This document shows, piece after piece, positions 55,362 to 64,000 of a stretch of 64,000 nt of DNA. Position 1 is the first letter of the stretch. Each line of letters starts with the position of its first letter. A program made the translations under genes and the position numbers. The notes beneath the pieces were generated by a model. The model was not told the DNA's origin. It was given only the letters and a program-made list of their open reading frames with translations, and searched no databases. The DNA comes from Camelus dromedarius (taxonomy: Eukaryota): NCBI RefSeq assembly GCF_036321535.1, contig NC_087472.1, positions 92,444,001 to 92,508,000 on the forward strand, read 5' to 3'.

Positions 55362-56324
55362 CTACACAATAATGTCCCATGTGTGCACTGTATTCCGCAG
55401 TAGTTAAAAAAATAGAACTATTTGTTAAATCACTCCTAGAAAAACTCATTTTGAAGTACGCAAAGCTCCAAGTAAGCTCAGCATTACAATTTTAGCAATA
55501 TTAAATCAAGGCCAAGTTGATTTGGCACCTTTGGAAGAACAGACACTAGGAAAATGTCTCGAAACCACCTTACAATACCTAAACCTAATCCAGTCTTTAC
55601 AGCATTTTAGTGCAATGCTCTCTGAGGACCTGCTGCATAAAAACCGGCTTATCAATGCTTAACAGACTTCAGTACAATGTTGAATATAGGATTACAAACA
55701 AATAGAATCACATGAGGTAAAATCATTAAGTTCCAGACCATTGGCAGCTAATTGAGGAGAGGGGAACAGGAGGAGGTAGTTTCTATATTTGGACCAACTG
55801 AAGTAAAACTAAAGATTCTTTAAAAATCAGAGCCTACATATAAGATTTATGTCACACTATTCTTTAACTTCATTTTAGAAAAGGATTAAAAAAAATGGCT
55901 CACCACCATTAAGGAGAGGTATAAGAGGAAGTGATTATTACATGAAGAAAGGCAGCAATATTAAGTACATTGTTGTTGTCACTGCCATTATTGTTGTTGG
56001 GGCCTAAATTTAAACTTAAAGAATTTTACCAAAGGCTTTTTTAAACAAAGACTTCTGACAATACAGCTGAAGAGCATGAAGCCTAAGATAAACACCCTAA
56101 GGGTTAGGAAGTTGCTTAAAAGAAATCTTAGACAAAATGGAATATTCTTATAATAGTTCTATGAAACCTTAAAAGGATAAAAGGCAGAAATCTTCCAGTA
56201 AAACTCTTTTATATTTCTTTTCAGTCTAACTTAATATTGGAAATTATTTTTCTTCCTCATCAAACCAAACTGATCTACAGTTTTCTTCAAGCCAATGTAT
56301 CAGTGTACCATTTGACTTTCTCAC

Positions 56325-56335
56325 GTAAAATGACA
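56325..56335 (-). CDS. Candidate 11-nt microexon (M)SFY
   Basis: gactccttcag|TGTCATTTTAC|gtgaga; completes the first SFYLL motif. Confidence 0.5.
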
Positions 56336-57099
56336 CTGAAGGAGTCTTTTTGACAGTGAGAGATAAACTAAGAGTATCACTGAACTAAGATTTCTCTTGA
56401 AAAATTTGAGCTAAATCAACCTAAGGACAAACCAGCATTTTATCATCACAGTAAACACCTCCCTTGGCCCTGGAAAGGTTCATAGGCAAAAGACGAGCTA
56501 GTCTGTTCCTCTACACACAATATGGAATTGGTTTATAGCAAGATCTATTAAAATTTATATCAAATCCTTTGATGTTTCTTACAACAAGATCAGATATACT
56601 GAAATAATCCAACATTACTAAAAAGTGAAATACAGGAAACTTGAATATACCTATAAATATTTTAAGTTAATGATTTAGAAAAACTGTAAAAAGGGGGAAA
56701 AAACACAGTGTTTGGGTGGCTAAAGTTATCTCCCGTGATCTACTCCAAGTTCAATCTTCATGTTTTATAGGTGGTTTTATTTTCTACAAAAAAAGAACAG
56801 GTATGCTTTCCAAAATGACAAGGATTTATTTTCCCCTCAATGACCTATCACATTCTTTTAAAGAGAGGAGGAAAAAACTAGGTCATTTTTCAAAAATCTG
56901 GCTTTATCCGTTCTCTCTAATACACTCAAGGTACAGTTCTTTGCTTATTTGAATATGTTCTTCCGTGAGCTAATATAAACATATCCCCCCCAGTTTTCAT
57001 ATCTTCATTTTCCATTAAGTGCAATTCATTGCACACATACTTTAGCTCATATTTTGCCCTCTGATGATTGGAAAATATATTTACAAAATTTAAAATATG

Positions 57100-57680
57100 A
57101 TCCTCAGAATGAAGAAAAGGATGTCTTGCTCTGGAAAACTAGATGTCAGTATCTACTGAACTTTACCATATGTATACCTTCTAACTAGGTAATTCCTCTC
57201 TTACATATATATCAAATAGAACTGCGGTCCTACGTTTACCTAAAGACATACACTAAATGCTCATACATTGAATGCTGACAGTAACATTATTAATAATACG
57301 TATAAAATGGAAACTACTCAAACAATAGAGTTCATATATAAAGTACATACTTCCCACACTGTAATATTACACAGTAATGAGTATAAACAATCTTCAGTTA
57401 CATGCAACAACATGGGTAAATCTCACAAGCAGAATACTGAACAGAAGAAGCCAGTACATCATGTGTGATCCCATTTATAAAAGGTACAAAAATGAGAAAA
57501 ATAACTTACGTTGTCAAGTCTAACAGTAGCTTCCTTTAGAGTGTTAAGGACTACAATAGAGTAAAAAGGGAGTTCCTGTGGTCTCGGTAAGATTGTTTGT
57601 TGAATTATATGCTAATTTTCCTGATGTCTCCCATTTGTGAAGAATCAGGGAGCTGTCTACCTATGGTATGTATATCTTTC
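57100..57680 (+). mobile_element. L1ME-type 3' end
   Basis: gtaattcctctctta...acatgcaacaacatgggtaaatctcacaag...gtgatcccatttataaaa. Confidence 0.7.
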
Positions 57681-57876
57681 TAACCATGGAAACACCTACC
57701 CTCAGGCTCCTTGTAGGTAAACAGTAACCATTCTCAAGTTCTAACCCCCTAAAAAAAAAACTATTCTGTGAAGCCAAAAGCATCCTGATAGAAACACACT
57801 CTCTGTGAAGGATCCTAGTATTAAACCAATAGACAATATTTTAGCATTAAAGGTGTAAATGAAAAATACTGCAAAC

Positions 57877-58350
57877 TGTATCAGTAAACAAAGAATGCTG
57901 AAACCATCAAGTCATCAGCGGCTACCACTACCCTCCAGTGAAGACAAGCCTGCAGCCGGCCCTCTGCAGCCACTCACAGTGGTGCCCTCTGAGAGGACTC
58001 AGAATAAGAAAGGACAGGATACTGGCCCTAGATAGCTAGGTGCTTGTCAAATGAATGAATTCAGTGAGCCCGAATGTTTGCTTCCTCCCATCCACAGAAA
58101 AGCGCTAAATTCTTTAACTTGAGTTTCCTGGTTTTCTTTAGTTAACAAGTAATCTTTTAACGTTCCAACTACCTGGTCTTTGTTGTAAAGCTCCTATATA
58201 TCTTAGCTCCTCCCCTACCTCTTCGGAGCAGTCCCTCAGAGCCATCTGAGAGGCTGTCACCCCAGACTCAAGAGGTTCGAGTCCTCAGAAATGTCTGCCA
58301 AATAAAACAGAACTCTCAACTTTTAGCTTGTGCATTCATTTCAGTCAACA
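57877..58350 (+). mobile_element. ERV1-like solo LTR
   Basis: TG...CA ends; cctatatatc TATA-like box; aataaa near the 3' end; ends tttcagtcaaca. Confidence 0.75.
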
Positions 58351-58564
58351 CTATGTGATAAATTGAGTGTAAATGGTTCAGGTAAGAGGGAAAAAAAAAA
58401 AACTTTCCTGAAGGAAAAGACAACTAGATTCTCAAATAGACTGGGAAGACATCTCCTTCTGTGGATCCTTAAAAAAGAAAGAGATAGTCTTAAAATGTTT
58501 CTTTGTTTTAAAAAAGTGGGCAAAGGTTCAAGGTTGATGCTGTTGTTCTTTTTAAAGTACTTAC

Positions 58565-58625
58565 TGCTAAATTCTACTGAAACCTCTTTTGGATGGAAAT
58601 GTTTTCTTCCTTTTCCTACTGATAA
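58565..58625 (-). CDS. Candidate 61-nt exon LSVGKGRKHFHPKEVSVEFS(M); alternative acceptors give 54, 12 or 9 nt
   Basis: catttcaattcaatttatag|TTATCAG...GAATTTAGCA|gtaagt; open in the required frame. Confidence 0.45.
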
Positions 58626-59067
58626 CTATAAATTGAATTGAAATGTCCCAATAAGGCAGGGAAAGTCTCTCAAATGCAGTGTTTTCAATGCCGATATCAC
58701 AAGGAACATATGCCAAATCAAACAGCATCATAAAAGCTTGAATTCAGTAAGAACATTCCAACTTGAAAAGTTTATTTTTAAAAATGCTTTCAAGCCAAAT
58801 GTAAGTTTGCATACATTAAATGCTCTCAGCAATAAGAGAAAGGGTTTTGTAATTCTAAAGAGTGAGATCTTTGAGCCAACAGAGAAAAAACAGTAATTTA
58901 AGATTCAGACTCGAAAAGATTCTAACTTCTTGGGAAACGTTACAGATCACTGAGAAAGATTACCTGACTATGGAAGAAAAAAAACAACTTACTCTTAAAC
59001 AAGATGAAAAAAATTCACTTAGAGTTTGACTTGAATAACTATATGTTCACTTAAAAGAATACCTCAT

Positions 59068-59701
59068 TTAGACAGGAAGGGGGCAGGGCACAGCCATTTG
59101 AGGAATGCTACAGCAATTAACATCAAAATGGTGAAAGATTCAACCCCCAGTAGGCCTTGAGGCTCAGGATGATGAAAGATTTAACTTCTAGTAGATCTTG
59201 AGCTTCATTATACACCCATTGTAATATTAAAATGGTGAATAACAGGCCCACAGGCACCCTGGCAGTCCCAAGGCTAGCCACAAAAGGTCAAAGAGTGGGA
59301 AATGGCCAACTTCCTGGGAATCCCAGCCCCTTCCCCAGGGTAGTTAGACTGGTCCTTCCACTTATTAGCATATGAAGCTACCAAGCCCACAAAAACAACA
59401 CAGCGCCTCAGGGCCACCGCTGCCCCTCTCTCCCTCCCTCTTTAGAGAAGGCCTGCACTCTGTCTATGGAGTGTGTACTTACTTTTACTCTAATCTGAGC
59501 ACCCAATCCCCCCACATCGTGGCGTTTCTCTTACCTTTTGATGTATCTCTAAAGAAATCTACCTTTACTCAGCTGTCGCTCGCTCATGAATTCTTTGCTA
59601 CGCGAAGCCAAGGACCCACACTGGCAGGGCACGTCCCAGAGTCTCAACTGAGGCCTGGGACACGGCCCTCCTCATGCCCCACATCTGTTTTTCCTGCATC
59701 A
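59068..59701 (+). mobile_element. ERV1-like solo LTR with 4-bp TSD TCAT
   Basis: tcat at 59064-59067 and 59702-59705; homologous to the LTR at 60852; still CpG-rich. Confidence 0.85.
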
Positions 59702-59911
59702 TCATGAGCATTCAGTTTTCACCCAAGAGTATAAAAGCGAAACTTAACAAAACTAATAAATTAACAATGATACAATAAAAATAAAAAGCGAAACTAATTC
59801 CCCTGAATACTGAGTTCCCTTACTGAGTTTATGATTAATCTGTCTGTAACTTTATTCCCTTTTTGTCTCACCTCTGTTCCCCTCAGGATTAAGGAGTATA
59901 AAAGGAGGGAT

Positions 59912-60509
59912 TGAAACCAAGGAGGAACCTGTGGGACCTTCCAGTACAAAAGACCCTCTGTGTCCCCCATTCTTGTTTGTAGGAAAAAAAGGCTTTAGTC
60001 TCTGAGGCCTTCCTTGAGTTCTAAAGAGCAGACTCAAGCAGTTAATAATTAGAACAATAGAATCCCAGGACTCCTAGCTCCTCCTGAAGGGATACAGGTA
60101 ACAATCTGATGCATGCCTTTGCGTTCTACTACAGAAACTAAGACCCCTCCCCACAACCTGGTAGAGAATGGTGACTACATGCTGACCACAAGCACGCAGA
60201 CCCTAGACTGGTTGGAATCAGGCTGATGATTGATATTCCTGAAACATCACCCTGTTACCTTACCAACAACCAATCAGAAGAAGGTCCACGAGCTGATCAA
60301 GCATCCTAAGACCCTCAGCCCCATCACTGTCTTTAAAAACCATTTTCTAAAAGCCATTGGAGAGTTCATGTCTTTTGAACATAAGCTGCCTGTTCTCCTT
60401 GCTTGGCAGCCTGCAAATAAATGTTACACTTTCCTCTACCACAACCCACTATCAGTAGATTAACTTCTCTGCATATCAGGCAAGCAGACTGGAGTTTGGA
60501 TTGGTAACA
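59912..60509 (+). mobile_element. ERV1-like solo LTR (5' boundary uncertain)
   Basis: tgaaacc...ctttaaaaac...aataaatgttacactttcc...ttggtaaca. Confidence 0.75.
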
Positions 60510-60851
60510 AAAGGAGATACTCTATGTGTGTGTTTGACCATGAACTGAGATACTGAGTTGTATCTTTTTTTATAGTACCTAGTATCCTTTGGTGAGCAAA
60601 AAACAATGTAGGCATAATAACTGAACAGTGGTGAGTATGTATTTCAAACAAACAAACAAAAAAACAAAGGTAAGATGTTGCAAGAGAAACAAGAAAATAT
60701 GGAATAATAAAATTCTGTACAAATAGAAAAAATATAAGTTGTTATTTATTTATATTTTTTGATAGAATTTGAAAAACATGGCATACTGAAAAAACACAGA
60801 ACGAGGAATAACAACTTTTCTACTCAGATTATGCTCGAATTTCTAGTCTGT

Positions 60852-61435
60852 TGTTGAGATAAGAGGAAAGGGTGCAAAGCACAACCACTGAAGGAGTGAG
60901 ACAGCCATTGAGGATGGGACAAACTGGTTAGAACCAAGATGGCGGAAGATTCGACTTCCAGTAGACCTTGAGCCTCATGGCACATCCAAAGGTGCCATGA
61001 CAGTTGACCATAAAAGGTCAAAAAGTGGGCGGGAGCCTGATTCCTGGAAATCCTTGCCCCTTCCCCAAAGTAGTTGGAATAATCCTCCTACTCATTAGCA
61101 TATGAAATTATCAAGCCCATAAAAACTAATAGCTCTGTACCTCGTGGTCACTCCCTCTCTTGCCTTTTGAAATGGCCCACACTCTGTCTGTGGGGTGTGT
61201 ATCTACTTTTGCTTTACACTAAACACCAAACAATTCTCAGTCTCTCCCCTTCTCACCCTTTTGTGATGGCCCACATTCTGCCTATGAAGTAAGTATCTCC
61301 TAAGCTGTTTTCAGTGAGACAGACCCCACTCGGTCTATGGAGTGTGTATCTGTCTAAATAAACTTGCTTTCACTTTACTATGCCTTGCTCTTGAATTCTT
61401 TCCTGCACAAGGCAAAAACCTATTCTCTGACAACA
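60852..61435 (+). mobile_element. ERV1-like solo LTR with three internal ~30-bp repeats
   Basis: tgttgaga...aataaacttgctttcacttta...gacaaca; ccacactctgtctgtggggtgtgtatct-like unit present three times. Confidence 0.85.
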
Positions 61436-62635
61436 CTACCAAGTTATACAATAGTATCACACTATATACATACACAGAGAAGGATTCCTAATGTCCATTT
61501 TTAATTTCCCCAGTTTAAAAATATATTTTTCATGAATCTTTATTGAATCACATTATACGATATTTTGTTGTGTTATCTTCTCACAAGTCAAGAAAATACA
61601 TATCCTAATCTCACTCCATTACACTTTTTTCAGATATTTCCTGAGTATTTTAGAAAAACTAATTTTCATTAGGATCCTATTGTGTGTTTGTGGTAGAGGA
61701 TGTAATTGAAATAGAGGTAGAATGAATCTTTCATGATCTTAAGAAACTTTTAGTGTGTGTGTATGTGTATTTGTTGGCTGTGGGGAAGAAGGGGAGAGTG
61801 AGGCACTTGATCAACCACAACTACTGAAGACTTCAAAAATACTAAAGGGTATCCTAATAGCAGTATAAAATCATTCCTCCCCAATAGAGAACACACCTTA
61901 AGTTCTTCATTTCCATAAATCCTTTGTTTATTAGCAAAAAGGTCTAGCACACACTTAATGCTCCAAATTAATCAGTAAAGACATGTGACAAGGAGGAAAG
62001 AATGGACAGAAAAATTTAATGTGGAGTCAGTTTAGCTCAAGTCATCTTGCATTAATGAAACAATCTCGGTCAAGAGTATCTCTTTAAAAGGAGAATGAGG
62101 AACATTTTTTGTGCAAATAGAAAAGAGATGATCTTCACGAATGTAAAGCTACTAGGGTCTGGAAAGGGGAATAACAGTGAGATCACTGCATTGGGTACAC
62201 CCTATTGATGGCTTTCAAGATTAAAAAAAAAACCCATGGAAAATAACTGAGGCTGGGGTGGGAAGCATCTAACAGCGTTATGGATGGATGGGTTCAAGGA
62301 GTACTGGTCAGTACAAAGAAGCCAGGTAAGAATTTCCTGAAATCACATATCCACAACTGACAAGGTTGAACAGTTACAGAGATGGAAATAGTGATAACTG
62401 AGCTGTTACAGAGAAATTGCAAAGAAAAAAGCTCCAAAACGTGACAACAAGACTATAGAGGTTAGAAAGGATGCAGGATCTCTCCAGAATTGCAAAGGAG
62501 AAAGATTTGTACTTATCCTTTGCACATTTTAATTTCTGGCAACTCCTATGATTATCTGTAGCAGCAGAAACACCTCCGAGTATTTGCTAAGAGCAGTTTT
62601 TCTCAGGGTCTGTTTTAGGGACAATTTTTTTTCCT

Positions 62636-62649
62636 GTCACCATGGCAAC
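62636..62649. promoter_or_regulatory. RFX X-box motif
   Basis: GTCACCATGGCAAC fits GTNRCC-N2-RGYAAC. Confidence 0.55.
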
Positions 62650-62690
62650 GCTGCCAAAATAAATTATCTGTGTAAAGTTTCATTTCTTAC

Positions 62691-62698
62691 TTCAAACA
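62691..62698 (-). CDS. Candidate 8-nt microexon TGTTTGAA (x,F,E)
   Basis: ttcctttatccaatcttttgccactaaag|TGTTTGAA|gtaaga. Confidence 0.5.
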
Positions 62699-62884
62699 CT
62701 TTAGTGGCAAAAGATTGGATAAAGGAAATCATTCATATTTAAATATATATGGATTTCATTTTATATAAAAAGGCTTGATGTGTTCTATTTAAAGGGTTAC
62801 ATGTTGACTTTTTTCTCTGGTTCATTGAGTGACTGATTAATGAGTACTATACTGGGTCTTTTGGATCAGTTACCTTGAAGGCAT

Positions 62885-63330
62885 TCAGGACCCTCTTCTC
62901 CACTGTTTCCCTTTATATAAGGGATAGGAAGCTAAAATATTTACCTTCCTAGACTTTCTTGCAGCTAAGGGTAGTGAGATACCCAGTTTCTTGCCAAGAA
63001 GATGCAAGCAGAAACCCTTTGATAGGAATACGAGGAAAGATTTTACCATAGATAGACTCAGGAAATATTCTGCACTCAGCCTTTTCATTTCTTCCTTTGC
63101 TCCTTTCCCTCCTACCTTTGTGGAATGTGAGCTCAATATCTGGCTTCCTGCAGCAATTCTGTGAACATGAGGATAAGACCCACAAACCAAAAAATGGTGG
63201 TATGGAAAGATGGAAGAAACTTGGATTCTTAGTGGCACATCAGTGCTCTGATGCGTGCTTCTGGATTTCTTTTCATATGAGAAAAATATATCTTTATACA
63301 TTTTCTGGAGCTTACAGCTGAACACATGAA
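62885..63330 (+). mobile_element. MLT1J-like LTR
   Basis: ttcctagactttcttgcagctaagggtag...gaacatgaggataag...gaaagatggaagaaacttggattctt. Confidence 0.75.
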
Positions 63331-63439
63331 CCCAAGCTACCCATCATATGCGAGAACAGGTATATACAAGAATGTATATGATAAAATCTCTATTCTCAAG
63401 ACATGAATATTTAATAATATTAATAGAAACAAGTGCTTA

Positions 63440-63660
63440 ATTTTTGTATAGCAATGTGTGAAGCAATTCACGTAAATTATCCAACATAAACCTCAAATCA
63501 AAACTGTGAGATTGATGCTCTTTTACATTCTCATTTAAAAGATGAGATCATTGAAGTAGAGAAGGCTAATATGTATGAGGTCCCATATCTTATAAATGCT
63601 GTAACCCAGATGAGAACCTAGAGAGCTAAACTCCAGAACAAAGGGCCTAACTATCATGTT
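63440..63660 (-). mobile_element. MIR SINE
   Basis: cattctcatttaaaagatgagatcattgaagtagaga...ctaactatcatgttatac. Confidence 0.65.
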
Positions 63661-64000
63661 ATACTGGTAGGAAGAAAAACTGATACACAAATAATTACAA
63701 AGGTATTTTAAAATATATAAATAAATAGTAATACATTAGTGAAATGTTTTGAGGATTTTAGAAGTTGTGGAGGGATTACATCTAATGTAAAAAGGCTAAA
63801 ATAAAGGAAGATTATTTATTCCACTATGATTACTGAAAGAATACCAACCTTTCTTTCTGAAAACATTACAGATGTCTAGAATTTGCTGCTACTATGCTAC
63901 AATGTTTTTTTAATTGCTAATCTGGTTATTAGTAATCAACTAATGAACCAAGTTGTGCATTATCCACTAAAGGAGGCAGTATAACAACAAGCTTACAACA

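Noticed and set aside
55329..55387. 59-nt form of the 55329 exon using the upstream tacag acceptor
   Set aside because: It shifts the frame relative to the model and destroys the SFYLL repeat; kept only as an alternative.
56583..56598. 16-nt minus-strand exon candidate (ISDLV)
   Set aside because: Weak donor (GTT|gtaaga) and incompatible with the neighbouring 11-nt exon.
59068..61435. Possible provirus between two related LTRs
   Set aside because: No primer-binding site or gag/pol between them, LTR structures differ, and the first has its own TSD.
62885..63325. 146-aa ORF
   Set aside because: Lies entirely within an MLT1 LTR.

Overview
AT-rich, CpG-poor placental-mammal genomic DNA with no prokaryotic features. 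It carries ancient repeats (MIR, L2, MER5/MER33, MLT1, L1M) plus younger laurasiatherian-type L1 3' ends and ERV1-like solo LTRs. I saw no Alu, B1/B2, Bov-tA/BovB, CHR, PRE1 or Can-SINE, which suggests (by inference) a camelid-like genome. None of the supplied ORFs looks like a real gene. Reading splice signals on the minus strand instead gives a chain of 17 very short candidate exons (5-105 nt, most under 35 nt) between 62698 and 5593. They splice into one open frame of about 140 codons ending ...SQLVDISEA*, followed by a candidate 3'UTR exon (acceptor at 3292, AATAAA at 2591 and 2355). The predicted peptide has an internal repeat (F-x-[MI]-SFYLL, 94 aa apart) and weak cadherin/Ig-like features. 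I do not recognise the gene, and its 5' end lies beyond the right edge of the window. The model was assembled by eye, several boundaries are ambiguous, and it needs RNA-seq and conservation tests. Also present: a tailless 5'-half tRNA-Met retrocopy with a 13-bp target-site duplication (TSD), a cluster of four solo LTRs, and a near-perfect RFX X-box. Repeat subfamily names and boundaries are approximate.
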